A DNA stretch of 64,000 nucleotides, from assembly GCF_006345805.1 (NCBI RefSeq), contig NC_042999.1, positions 72,788,001 to 72,852,000 of the forward strand, written 5' to 3'. The notes beneath the pieces were generated by a model, which had not been told where the DNA came from, did no database searches, and saw nothing but the letters and a program-made list of their open reading frames with translations. Made by a program: the position numbers and the translations under genes. The DNA is from Octopus sinensis (Eukaryota). This document shows positions 1 through 12,778 of the stretch, one piece after another (the stretch's first letter is position 1; every line of letters begins with the position of its first letter).

Positions 1-29
1 GATCTGAGATCGTGTGCTGAAACGAAAAC

Positions 30-492
30 AATTGCAGCGTGGAAGGTGTTTGTAAGCCATTTAAGAAACACACAAAAGCCGTTCGATTCACTTCAACATT
101 TAAGTTTAATTTGTCAAAATATTTTCGTCGTTAAAATCCGCGTGTGTATGTGCGTGCATATACACACACATACATACATACATACATACATACATACATA
201 CATACATACATACATACATACATACATACATACATGCATACACAGGCGTATGTACGTACATGCATACATACATACATACACACATGTATGCATACATACA
301 CACATACATACGTACATATATATGAAGAACTAACTGTTACTTTCTCAGATGCAGCACGGATCTTTGTCAGTGAACAGGTCGCGGATTTTAGCGACGAAAA
401 TATTTTGACAAATTAAACTTAAATGTTGAAGTGAATCGAACGGCTTTTGTGTGTTTCTTAAATGGCTTACAAACACCTTCCACGCTGCAATT
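30..492. repeat. Inverted repeat (113-bp arms 30-142 and 380-492) around a (TACA)n spacer; probable Penelope-like pseudo-LTR remnant
   Basis: The arms are reverse complements with 1 visible mismatch, and the right arm overlaps a hammerhead-like motif. Confidence 0.85.
363..412 (+). ncRNA. Minimal type I hammerhead ribozyme-like motif, variant core
   Basis: Stem I TTTGTCA/TGACAAA; core GTGAACA plus one extra G; stem II GTCGC/GCGAC; GAAA; palindromic stem III AATATT. Confidence 0.55.
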
Positions 493-547
493 ATATATAT
501 ATAATTGCAATTATATATATATAATTCTGCAATTATATATATATAAT

Positions 548-3146
548 TGCAACCTTCCCGGGGTTGACTGGTCTACAAACAGTCTGCCGCCAGGTTCTTC
601 TCTCTCAACCCCTGACAGGGAGGCAGTGGAATCGCTTCTTGACTTCATGGATGACTTCTTCTTGTCCCAACTGGTACTCGAACCAACGAGATGTCACAAA
701 AACGTCTTAGACTTAATTTTCAGCAATCACACTGATACTATCCACAATATTGCAGTGGAGAAAACCCTACTCTCCGACCATGACATGGTTCTCTGTGATC
801 TGAGATTTCACTGGCCAAAATGCAAAACAATGTCATCCCTCCTGTTCATCCATTTGACACTATGGATTTCCACAATGCAAACTGGGAAGCGATCAATAAT
901 GATCTTGCACAAGTCGATTGGTCCTTCACGCACACATACACACCCACTAACATCAAAAAGTCCTGGCAGTCACTTGTAGACACCATCACGAACATATGTG
1001 CAAGACACACCCCATTAAGATCTGCAAACAAATCTAAGTGTCGAATCCCTAGAAATAGAAAATCTCTCATAAGGAAAATTAAAAGAATCAACAAAAAGAT
1101 CAACATGCTGAAATACTGTCAACAGCAACACACCAACCTGACTGCCATCTCGTCGCTAGAGATTAAAAAACATAAACTCCAAAACAACATGATGTCTATC
1201 ATCAATAGTCAGCGAAGAGCTGAAGAGGCCTGGGCCATTGAGAAGATCAAACTCAATCCCAAAGTGTTCTTTTCATTTGCAAAAAAACACAGAGTCACTG
1301 GTTCTACTGTTGGCCCTCTGATTGATGAAAATGGTATTCTTCAAGACAATGCCAAAACCATGGGAGAAATATTGCAGAAACAATATTGCTCTGTTTTCAG
1401 CAATCCTGATATGACTGATCTGGGCTGTATCAGTGATGTTACTCCCAATACACTTTATCGGACATAACATTTGGCGCTCCTGATGTCTTAGCAGCAATAA
1501 AGGAAATGAAGCATAATTCAGCAGTAGGTCCCGATAGTTCCCTGCTTGTGTCTTGAAGATGTGTCAAAACCAACTTGCACCCCCTCTAGCCAATCTGTGG
1601 CGGAACTCATTGGATGCTGGATATATACCAGAAGACCTTCTATCCCAGTCTGTTGTCCCAGTTTTCAAAAAAGGAAACAAATCGCTTGCCGTGAATTACC
1701 GTCCAATCTCACTCACCTCTCATATCATCAAGGTATTTGAGAGGGTACTGAGATCGCGTATGACTCACTTCCTTGAGAGTCATAATATGCTGAACCCCAA
1801 CCAGCATGGATTCCGTAATGGGAGAGATTGCCTGACGCAGCTACTGCATCATTTTGATGACATTTTGAGAGCCTTGGGAGAGGGTTCCAACACTGATGTC
1901 ATCTACCTTGATTTCAGCAAGGCCTTTGACAGGGTTGATCATAAGATCCTTCTGAGAAAGCTGTCCAATATTGGTGTCACTGGAAAGCTGCTGCAATGGA
2001 TCAAGTGCTTCCTCTCTAACAGAACCCAACATGTTGTAATCGAAGGAGTCAAATCCAGCCCAGCCAAAGTCAGCAGTGGTGTCCTTAAAGGCACTGTGTT
2101 GGGCCCACTTCTCTTCATCATCTACATAAATGATATTACTGACACCATCAAACACAGCAACATCAGAACCTTCGCTGATGATTCCAAGCTCCAGAAGGTC
2201 ATCAATGGCGTGGATGACCGAATAAACCTTCAGTCAGACCTACTAGCTGTTGTCCAATGGGCGGAAAAGAATAACATGTTGCTAAATGAAGACAAATTCG
2301 AACTGATCCACTTTGGAAGGGAGGACGCTCTGAAACTCCCATACTCTCTTCCTTCTGGAGAAATTCTCATGGCATCCAACAACATCAGAGACCTGGGAGT
2401 AACAGTGGACAACAACATAAGCTGGGCTACACATATAAGCAGCAAAGTTGACATGGCCCGCAGAATGTGTTCCTGGATTCTCAGAACCTTCCAGTCGAGA
2501 GATTCCCACGCTATTATCCTTCTCTTCTCCACTTTTGCCCGACCCCACCTTGAATACTGCTGTCCACTGTGGTCTCCCTACACAAAACAAAATATTATGA
2601 GAATTGAAGCTCCCCAAAGGTCAATCACAAAAAAGATAGATGGCATGTCAGACCTTGACTACTGGGGTAGACTAGAGAAGCTGAAATTGTATTCACTCCA
2701 ACGACGCCGTGAACGCTACATTATCTGTATGATGTGGAAAATATTCCATCAGCACTGTCCGAATGATGTTGGCATCACCTTCAAAATGCATCCAAGGCTT
2801 GGACCACGTGCCATCCGTCCACAACAAAAATCTAAATCGCATCACATAACGACAATACGGCACAACTATTTCACCTCAATGGACCCGCTCTCTTCAACAT
2901 TACACCAGGACACGTCAAAAAAGAAACTGACCACACAAAATTCAAGAAGTCTTTGGACAAATTCCTTCAAACAGTACCGGACAAACCATCCACACCCGGA
3001 TATGTCTCCGCAAACAATAACTCTCTACTCGAATGGGCCTTGGTGCCCAAATCCTGAACTGAAAGACTTCGCCAGGTGGTGCTATTAAGTTAGACATGGC
3101 CTGGGCCAATACTGGCCAAAAACCTTTCTAAGTTATTCTAAGTTAT
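548..3146 (+). mobile_element. 5'-truncated CR1/L2-like non-LTR retrotransposon with frameshifted ORF2 (APE C-terminus plus RT)
   Basis: APE motifs NLPGVDW, EPTR..NVLDLIFSN and LSDHDMV (ORF 431-979). RT motifs NYRPISLTS, QHGFR, YLDFSKAFDRVDH, GTVLGPLLFIIYIND, FADD and RPHLEYC (ORF 1553-3088). Frame changes near 820 and 1470-1550. Short TTCTAAG repeat tail. Confidence 0.93.
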
Positions 3147-3217
3147 ATATATACATATATATATATATATATAAAATTTATATACATATATATATATATA
3201 TGTACATACATACATAC

Positions 3218-3250
<33 letters not shown>

Positions 3251-3269
3251 CATACATACATACATATAT

Positions 3270-3324
<55 letters not shown>

Positions 3325-3352
3325 ATATATATATATTATATTTATATATATA

Positions 3353-3386
<34 letters not shown>
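3146..3386. repeat. (TA)n/(TACA)n microsatellite
   Basis: Directly visible. Confidence 0.95.
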
Positions 3387-3916
3387 TCGCTATATAGTAT
3401 AGTATGTGAAATTAATGCCGGATATCACTTTAATTCCTATGTATTAATTTGTGGTCTCCAATTTCTTACGACATTCTTTGCCCTCCAGGTGCTTCGAATG
3501 TTAATGGCCTGGTTCTTACTTTACACAAATGAAGGTCGAACACTGTACAACAGATATGAGCTCCATATAGACCTAATCTAAAGCTTGGTGTCCAAATATA
3601 GGTCGTAGAAATGTCAGTTCACTTGCCTTGTTAATATCCTCTGGAAATGTATAAAACACACGAAACCCCATTGTTTTCTTCACCTGATAATTATTTGTTG
3701 TTTTGATTTGTTTAGGGGATTTTTATGCTTTGGCGGGGGGGGGACAGAGAAAATGATTATGAATAAACAAAAGTCATGAAAACTGTGGTTCAAGTAAGCC
3801 CCAGAAAATCCAAGTCGATCTATCCTAGGTTTTACTTTTACTTACATACTCATAAGGACAAGCCTGCATGTTACCAATAACCCCTAAATAGGATTTCATT
3901 CTTAATACATTAAAAA

Positions 3917-4122
3917 AGGCGGTGAGATGCCAGAATCGTTGGCACGTCAGACCAAATGCTCAGGGTCATTTCGTCCAACTTTACGCTCTGAGTTCAAATG
4001 CTGCAGAGGTTGACTTTGCTATTCATCCTTTTGGGGTCGATAAAACAAAGTAGCAGGCAAGTACTGGTGGTGATCATTGTAATCGACTTCCCTCTCCCTC
4101 TAAAACTGCAGGCCTTGTGCCA
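3917..4122 (+). mobile_element. tRNA-derived SINE, family 1
   Basis: AGGCGGTGAG head, B-box-like GAGTTCAAAT, and central GACTTTGC.TTCATCCTTT.GGGGTCGATAAA shared with many copies in the window. Confidence 0.8.
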
Positions 4123-4150
4123 AAAATAAGAAAGAATCAATATATTAAGA

Positions 4151-4345
4151 AAGGCGGTGAGCTGGCAGAATCGTCGGACAAAATGCTTGGCGGTTTTTCT
4201 TCCTGGCTTTATGTCCTAAGTTCAAATTTCGCCGAGGCCGATTTTACTTTTCATCCTTTCGGTGTCGATAAAATAAGGACCAGAGAAGTACTGCGATTCG
4301 TGCTATTGACTATCCCCGGCCTCCTAAATTTTAAGCCTTGTGCCT
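4151..4345 (+). mobile_element. tRNA-derived SINE, family 1
   Basis: Same head, B-box and central domain as 3917. Confidence 0.8.
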
Positions 4346-4356
4346 AGAAAGGATTA

Positions 4357-4735
4357 TCTATTATATAAAATCTGTTCTGTCTGTCTGTGTGTGTGTCTTC
4401 TAGGATCTCGGGCATCCTCCATCCGATAGCGCTCAAATTTGATATGTGGATACCAACGGTATCAGGGCGTGTATAAGTCTTGAAAAAATGACAAAAATCG
4501 ATTCCAGGTGAGAATGCGATCGATAAAGCCGTGGGAACGTGCATTTGTACGCGCAAGTACATCAGCTAATGCGATCGATACTACGTGTACGCGAGAAAAA
4601 TGCACGTGCAGTTTGCGCAAAAAAAGCCGGCTGGCTTGAAATAATGCCACAAAATGCTGTATATTTAAGAGACCAAAATAGTTAAATTTTGACAACTCAG
4701 TACCGTCCATTGGACGGGGGGGGGCGTTTTGCTCG
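4357..4735 (+). mobile_element. Non-autonomous Helitron-like element, copy 1
   Basis: Inserted between A and T; 5' TCTATTATATAAAA then (TCTG)n/(TG)n; 3' hairpin CCGTCC-ATT-GGACGG followed by a CTCG end. Close second copy at 33001. Confidence 0.75.
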
Positions 4736-5046
4736 TTAATATATAAAGAGGACGGTGGCGCGCTGAACTAATATAACATCGGACTAATTGTCTAATAATA
4801 TATGGCTTCATCCCTCTATATTCTAAGTTCAAATCTAGCCAATACCAAATTTACTTTCCACTTTATGGTGCCAATTAATCAAGTGTCATTCACGTGCTTC
4901 GGTCGATCCTATTGATTATTATTGTGACTTGATGCCGATATGAGAAATCATTATTGGAAAAAAAATGTAAGTATTGTAACAACGACAATGAAGTTCCAGA
5001 AATACCTGGGACTACGTTATATATCTAAAACAGCAATGTATGTGTT

Positions 5047-5102
<56 letters not shown>

Positions 5103-5904
5103 ATTTTCTTTGGACCAGATCGAACGACTACGTAAGAACTGATGTGATATTGAACGCTTTTGGAATATAACCCCAAATTATCAGTAACACAGAATGTATC
5201 AATTTGACTACACTACTTCGGAATCTCTTAAGGTTTCGTTAGATTTAAACCAATGGCCATGCAAGCCAAAAGAAATAATTTATCCACCATGTGCCTTTTC
5301 TCGCCGTGAGGTAAAGTAATATCTAATGTTTTGGACGCAGTCGTACTTCGTTTATTTTCGAATTGCCATGCCTAACATCTCAAGACTAGGACTCACCGTT
5401 AATCATCTTTACACACGAACTAGTTTACAAATGTTGAAATGCTGAAATAATATTTTGCTGTGAATTAAACCATAGTGGACAGATTTTTTATACTTACCTT
5501 AAGAGACTACGAAATTTGGAATTTAGTTGTTTTTATTTGCATGTATATATTTTGAGCATATATACTCCAGTATAATATCTTTTAATGGAGCTCATGTTGT
5601 ATCAGTGTATTATAAATTTCGTGAGTTATCAATATAACTTCAATAAGAAAATTAATTCTGTGCTATTTAACATATTTTTTTATTCATTGTAATAAAGTAA
5701 GTAATTTCCTATCGATATCATTGCCTTGTGCAAACAAGGAACTTTCATAAGACTTTGGTTTGCGTGATAAGTTTTGAGAGGGAAGCTATTTTTGAAGTTA
5801 TATCTTTCATCTTGGATACATGAGACATTTGAAGTTGAAGATATATTACCATCACACTCTCTAACTGTTAATTTGTGTGAATGTATGTTTGTATGTACGT
5901 GTGT

Positions 5905-6252
<348 letters not shown>

Positions 6253-6261
6253 AAATGCGTA

Positions 6262-6816
6262 AGTCCAGTCGAAGCAATGGAAGCATGATAACTCACTACC
6301 TCCAAAGAAGGCTCGTGTCCATCCCCCAACAGGAAAGCTAATGCTCACAGTCTTTTGGGACCAGCGCAGAGTAGTGATGATGGATTTTCAAACTGCGGGG
6401 TGCCATCAAAGCAGAAAGGCGTAGCATGCTGTCCAGAGGAGCTTGCCTCCTCCAAGACAACGCCCCAGTTCACAATGCGCATGTTACCCAGATGAAAGCA
6501 CCCTCCTGCGGCTATGAAATCCTTTCTCATGTCACCTTACTCTCCCGACCTCGCACCATCTGACTTCTGCTTCTTTCCAACCATAAAGTCTCTTTTGAAG
6601 GGAAATCACTTTTCGGATGATGATGAACTTATTTCCGAGTTAAAGTCTTGGCTTCAGACGCAACCTATCGACTCCTATGGACGAGGTCTTTACAGCTGCA
6701 TAAAGCAATGGGAAAAGTGTGTTACTATGTAGTAAAGGACCAATAATTATTCTAAGTTTCGATTATCACAGTCCTTGGGAAGTGGGTCAAGGAAAATCTT
6801 TAATGAACATCCCTCG
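6262..6816 (+). mobile_element. mariner transposase 3' remnant
   Basis: Translates to [43 protein letters not shown] and QWEKCV. TIR-like end ATGAACATCCCTCG. Confidence 0.9.
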
Positions 6817-6870
6817 TGTATGGATATATATATATATATATAAATACATACATGCATACATACATACATG

Positions 6871-6912
<42 letters not shown>

Positions 6913-6931
6913 TAAATACATACATATGTAG

Positions 6932-7027
<96 letters not shown>

Positions 7028-7370
7028 TGGAGTGAGAGAGAAAGAGAGAATATAGATTTTCGTGAATATTGATATTCTTCGAGTCAGAGTAAGGCAAATT
7101 TTTGGTAGAGAACGGCATGATCGATTGCACCTACCCGAGGATGCAAATGATGCACATTTACATCTGATAACTTTCTCGATTCCAGATTAAATGAAAACCG
7201 AAGTAAAACTCAATAGAATTGGTAGTGAGACTGGGCGGTATCGAAGTGGTTGTAGTGAAACATTCAGTCCGGAGTATTCTGGTATCTCGGCCGACTCCAC
7301 CTCAGTTGGATTTCTGGTAATAATGCAATACTTATGCATCAGTGATATAAAACCCCACACTCAACTCGTA

Positions 7371-8550
7371 TTACTCGACTTCTGGTTTCTGTCTATGATA
7401 AGCATCAAGCATTACTTTCTTTGGATGTCTGACAAAAAATAATTTCTCTTTGGTAGATGTCAACTTGTTGTTATCATTTGCATTGTCCTTGGGTTCTAGC
7501 GATGTACTCTCTAATTTGGGATCGCTGTTTCGCGTTTTTCTTTGCGGTTTTTCTCCAACAATAAGCGAATGGACCAAACAATGACTGCTGTTCGTGTTGA
7601 ATTTCTGCTGCAAGAATCTACACAAAGGAGCTTTATCCGCTGGCCGATAAGCATCTCTGCACGTACACACCAATTTCGCCGTCTCTCTCAGGAGGTCAAT
7701 ATCTTTTTTCAACAACTCTCGCATCAAGATATTCTTTTTAATTGGTTTAGCTTTTATCAGGGATCCGTGAACTGGATAGATTGATTTCCAATCGACATTG
7801 ATAAAGCCCTGGTTCACTTTTGAAGGATAATTTTCCCCTACATCACTAGACACTTCTCGAATATTCTCTTTGTTGTTAAATCTTGATCGGGAATTATTAG
7901 TAATGTTAAGCATTCCTTTACAATTTCGTTGTAGTTCCTTTTTGTATTTCAAGGACGTTCCATTTTTCATAATCATTGTTCTTTTCTTTTGTTTGCTCAA
8001 TTTTTTACTGTTTTGAATAGGAACTTTACATTTTCTTTCTGAATGACCATACGTTTGCAGAACACGTCGAGTTGAAGTTTTCCCACTTGATGATGTTGGT
8101 ACTGTCGACTTTTCTGCTGTTTTTCGTTTAGCTAAAAAATTAACAGAATCATTGTTCTCTTTGGAGTGTAGCTTTTCTTGATGAGATCTTGCATTTAATG
8201 TTAAACCCGATTTCTTACCTGATGTTGGAGTTGATGAATATATTTGAGGGTTAGTATTTTTCTCTTTAGGTAAATAATGAGGTAGCTGCTTTTTATGGTT
8301 AAAATTCAGTTTTTCCGGGCGGGTACCTGCATTTTTTTTATCAGTAGCTACAATACAGGTTTTTGTTCGGCTTAGTGGCACCGTCTGACTAGTTTTGTCG
8401 TTTGTCTTGTTTCCACTGACGTTAACATCATTCAGTTGGTTTCTGTTGGGTTTGTTTGAACGACAAAAAGTAATTGTTTTCTTCGTGAGATGCAACCAGT
8501 TCTTAAAAGGTGTGCCACCTGCTTCTGCTCCATTGTTAACACTGGTAGTC
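7371..8550 (-). CDS. Large probable terminal coding exon, Lys/Ser/Asn-rich protein of unknown function
   Basis: About 390 open codons in non-repetitive sequence. The frame stays open upstream of the TTG at 8495 up to an acceptor TTTCTTGACAG (AG at 8552-8551) and is closed shortly beyond it. Confidence 0.6.
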
Positions 8551-8663
8551 CTGTCAAGAAATTGAATATTTTAAATTTTCTATTACGACTCTTTGATAAC
8601 AAAGCGAGGCGATAAACAATAGGCGAAGGCAGTTGGTCTCCAGCCCTAAACATTCTCTATATC

Positions 8664-8741
<78 letters not shown>

Positions 8742-8974
8742 CTATGTATGTATGCATGTACGTATGTACTCAGCTTTATTTCAAGATTTCTTGCCAGTAG
8801 AGAAAGGGCCGGTTTCAAACCTAGATCCAAGGCCCTTTCATTCGAATTTCAACATGAACAGAGTATTTTTGTATGTATGCATGCATGTATATGTGCAGAT
8901 TCGTATGTTTTGTTTTATGTATGTATTATCTTGCATATAGTTGCATAGCTATACATTCTCATATATACATAAAC

Positions 8975-9117
8975 GATAGACTTATGGAAGGTTTTACAAA
9001 TTTTTACAGTTCCTGTGATAGATTGAACCTGTAATCTTCGAATCAGCTATCTCCTTTCTGGTTTTGAGAAGCCTAATTTCTCAAGATTGGCATTTAGGCA
9101 GTGTGTTACATATCCCC
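8975..9117 (-). mobile_element. 3' fragment of a REL-endonuclease non-LTR element (R4/NeSL-like)
   Basis: Translates to GYVTHCLNANLEKLGFSKPERR*LIRRLQVQSITGTVKICKTF, which resembles the C-terminus of these elements. Confidence 0.45.
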
Positions 9118-9284
9118 TACGTATGTATGTGTGTTACATAGCCCAACAAAGTCACCATCGGTCACTGATTTTACATCTAGCTATTTTGCTTGTTGCAAAT
9201 CAGTGATCGATGGTCGCTTTGTTTGCAATATGTTGTTAGCGGTAGCGGACTCTGGCTATCGCTCTGGCATGCAGGCGCTCGCGA

Positions 9285-9316
9285 CTGAAGATGAGCCAAA
9301 TAGCTCGAAACGGTTC
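9285..9316 (+). ncRNA. Minimal hammerhead-like motif (PLE-type)
   Basis: CTGAAGA-T-GAGC/GCTC-GAAAC-GGTTC; stem I is poorly paired. Confidence 0.5.
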
Positions 9317-9575
9317 AACATAATTTATAAATATATATTTTTTCAATGTTCCATCTAGGCAACCCAATGCTACAGGGGTAATCTTAGAATTATGGAAACC
9401 CTCATAAACTTATTGAGACTAGCCACCAGGAAGAAACTACACGAAGAAGACTAGTTGCTATAGCAACAACAGTCTGCACATGTCACCTTCCTCCTTTCTC
9501 CCCTGCCTTTCGCGCGCCACCACCACATACACATACATCTAAGCAACAACCTTTTCCACCTACCGCTTTTCCGTC

Positions 9576-9607
9576 CTGAAGAAGGGATCTTCACCCCGAA
9601 ATATAGA
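9576..9607 (+). ncRNA. Minimal hammerhead-like motif (PLE-type), degenerate
   Basis: CTGAAGA-AGGG..CCCC-GAAA-TATA. Confidence 0.4.
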
Positions 9608-9733
9608 AATACAAGGTAAAACTGCAACTTTGCTCTGTTTTCTTTTCCTTTTTCTAGGTTACTTTGCACCTTCTCACATTGTTCCGGCTTTACACAACTA
9701 CATACACACACACACACACACACACACCACACA

Positions 9734-9773
<40 letters not shown>

Positions 9774-9896
9774 GCTATCCTGCCTTCGACAATCACTTTC
9801 TCTATCTCTCTCCCCTTCCTGCTCACTTCAGTCATACAGCCACACACGTGCTATATTGGTACAATTTTTCTCCTTCTCTCCGGATCTTTCTTCTTT

Positions 9897-9924
9897 CTGA
9901 CGAAAAGTCATACTGAAAACGTTA
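9897..9924 (+). ncRNA. Minimal hammerhead-like motif (PLE-type), degenerate
   Basis: CTGACGA-AA-AGT/ACT-GAAA-ACGT-TA following a CT-rich tract; related motifs at 18810 and 48962. Confidence 0.4.
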
Positions 9925-11114
9925 CAACTCCCACGCTCAAAATTTGCAAACTTTAAAAGCTAATGACTTTGTTTATTGATTTATTGCGAAAATGAATTTC
10001 AAAGCAGTGATTAGCATATAAAACCATATCATTATGCAGAATATAAAATTAATTCGAGCGGGAATTGAAGACATTGAAAATTGGCAGCCAAACAGAACAG
10101 ATACCCAAAATCTTCCAGCAATACCATCCAAATCCATCTCAAATCATGCCCTATGTCTTGTAAAAGGAGTCGCTGATAATGTGGTTTTGAGTACACTCTG
10201 TTTCAGAAAATACGATAAAATCATGGCTAGAACGCCTCTAAATATAGGCCGGATCTTTTATGTCTGGCTGCATCAGTGGAAATATCAAAGTTTAGTGAAA
10301 ATTTTAAAATTTGGTGTACTGATGTAATTTTCCACGCTGAATCTCAGGAAATAATTCACTTTTTCAAAAACAAATGTTTAAAAAAGTTACAGAGGTTTGA
10401 TCATTTTCACCCGTCAGAAAACAGGATTTGGAAGCTTTCATTTTGTGCGTGACAGTACGTGTTGTCAACTGTAATAAAATGAAACATTGCGGGAATTCTG
10501 CTATACGCACGCCATATAACCCCTCACAATTTTTTTTTGAATTCTCCAAAAGTTTTTTCGAATTTGTATTCTATACACGAAATTCATATGATTATGCAAA
10601 AACCAAAACAAAAATTCTTTGTGCGTGATTTAAGGTCTATTTAGCTATTATTTTTAGCACATTTCACCCCACCACCCCGCCACCCATTTGATAAGTTAAA
10701 AATCACTACGTGAATAAGCTTGGCTTGTTACTATGGAAACAGGCACCTATATGTCTGTGGTTTTCGACTGGATAAAATTACCCAAAATTTGCAAACTTTA
10801 AAAGTTATTAACTCTTTGTTTATTAATTTTTTGAGAAAATGAATTTCAAGTCAAAGATTAGCATACAAAACTACATTGTCAGACACCAGTAACGTATAAT
10901 AGTTAGAGAGCATATGACTCTAATTGACAAAGTCAGATTTATGTCCTATCCGAGAAATCTATTTTAAACATCATCATCGCCCAAGGACACTATTGTCTTC
11001 AAGACCTAGTATTTCAAGGGCCGGTTACCCAGTTTCCATGGCGTATAGATCACCGAGATAACAACAGTCCCTCTGAACGGACCGCCAGTGCGTCGTAGAT
11101 ATTAGATATTAGAA

Positions 11115-11330
11115 AGGCGGCGAGCTGGCAGAATCGTTAGCACACCGGGGAAAATGCTTAGCAACGTTTATTCCGTCGTTACGTCCTGAGTTCAAATTCC
11201 GCCGGGGTCGACTTTGCCTTTCATCCTTTCGAAGTCGATAAAATAAGTACCAGTTGAACACTAGAGACAATGAAATCAACTTACACCCTCCCTCCTTGTT
11301 GCTGGCATTCCGACAAAATTGAAACCGATA
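11115..11330 (+). mobile_element. tRNA-derived SINE, family 1
   Basis: Full head AGGCGGCGAGCTGGCAGAATCG, B-box and central domain. Confidence 0.85.
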
Positions 11331-11589
11331 TCAGATAAAAGAACTTACTTCAAAAAAATAAGCGCTCGTTGTTTGCTCTTTTGGTATTCCCATAGCAATA
11401 ATTGATAATTTAAAACTTTTTCAGAGGAGTTGTTTTCTGTAGTTCGACTTAGTTCCTGTCTATTCTGGCTATTATTATTCCTATTAGTATTATTTTTTGA
11501 TAAATGAATTTTCAATATACTGGTCCCGGGACTCTATAAAATATGAACGAATATTGATTTACTACATTAGTAAAGGTACGCACATTTGT

Positions 11590-11691
11590 AATAACAGTAA
11601 CAACAATAACAACAACTACTACTACCACAACAACAGCATCAACGTCATCATTTACAACAACGACGACAACAACAACAACAACAACAACAAC

Positions 11692-11735
<44 letters not shown>
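11590..11735. repeat. (AAC)n/(AAT)n trinucleotide repeat
   Basis: Directly visible. Confidence 0.95.
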
Positions 11736-12778
11736 GAGAGTGCAAAACTCTGTCAAGGCAACACCAACATCCTCTCAACGATTAGCCGAAGATGATTTTT
11801 AAAATGCGAATATCTGAAATAAACTCGACTGCTCTCACAAACGAGAATACTGAAAAAGAACACGACCGCTCTCAAAAATTAAGTTTAAAAAAACCGGAAA
11901 AATAATCTAGAATCCTTGTCCGGTACCTGATCGATCCCAATGGTAGTCATGGAATGTGAAGCTGGGTGTGCGAGCCGTGTTTGTAATGCTGTGTGTATGT
12001 TGTCTGCAGTGGGAACAGGAACAGTTTTCTCTATGAAGGCCTTTTCTACTCTATCTACTGATAGTGTCTTTACGACCATTAAGGTCTATAGTGTAAAATA
12101 ATTTATCCGTGCGCGAAAGAAAACGGAAAGGACCTGCATACGGTGCTGGTAACGGAGGTTTAACAATATCATTGCGTGCAAAAATGTGAGTCCAAGAAGT
12201 AAAGCTTTCTTCAAGGCAGAGCTAGAAATGCAATTGTCAAGTAGGTGAAAGGTTTTAGAGGGAGCGATATATTAAAAATTGGTAAAACTAAAAATTGTCG
12301 AGGATAAATTAAATTTATTATTGTTACTGAATATGTTAGTGTTATTTCATTTCTGAACGGTTTTGCTGTCATTTGTTTATGTAGTTTGATTTCGTTATCC
12401 ATCAGTTTCTACTAAGAAAGAGACGCGAGTAAAATTAATAATAGAAAAACGAAAATAAAACTTTAGAAACAGCAACGCCGCCATAACTTATGTGAAAACC
12501 ATGAACGTGCTTTCAAAGGAGATAATCAGAGAAAGACTTGAAAGTTAATGTAAGATCGTAATAGTTTATGTAAAATAAATATAACAAATAATCTAGAATC
12601 CTTGTCCGGTACCGGATCGATCCCAAAATCTAATCAGTTCGTGCCAGTCACGACGCCAAACATCCCTGAAAGTTTCATCCGAATCCATCCAGTGGTTCTT
12701 GAGATATCCTTTCCACAAACAAACAAACAAACACGACTGAAAACAATACCTCTGCCTTCTCTAAGGCAGAAGTAGTAA
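11736..12778 (-). mobile_element. Helentron-associated (DINE-1/HINE-like) non-autonomous element interrupted by a 646-bp insert
   Basis: Minus-strand 5' end TTACTACTTCTGCC..GGCAGAGGTATTGTTTTC with (TTTG)n, and 3' end GCCTTGACAGAG..GCACTCTC. A 40-bp direct repeat lies at 11901-11940 and 12587-12626. Confidence 0.6.

Noticed and set aside
46-416. ORFs with HTYI/MYVC/YIYI repeats here and at 3200, 5774-6348, 8664, 18912-19456, 24253, 39281-39933 and 52332
   Set aside because: These are translations of (TACA)n, (TA)n and (TG)n microsatellites, not genes.
7371-8495. Fanzor/TnpB or other nuclease in the basic 374-aa ORF
   Set aside because: No RuvC-like D-E-D motifs, paired CxxC ribbon or transposon ends are visible.
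11115-11200. tRNA gene
   Set aside because: A/B-box-like head only; it continues into a multi-copy SINE body and no cloverleaf could be built.
11497-11802. Poly-Asn protein ORF
   Set aside because: Explained by the (AAC)n/(AAT)n repeat.
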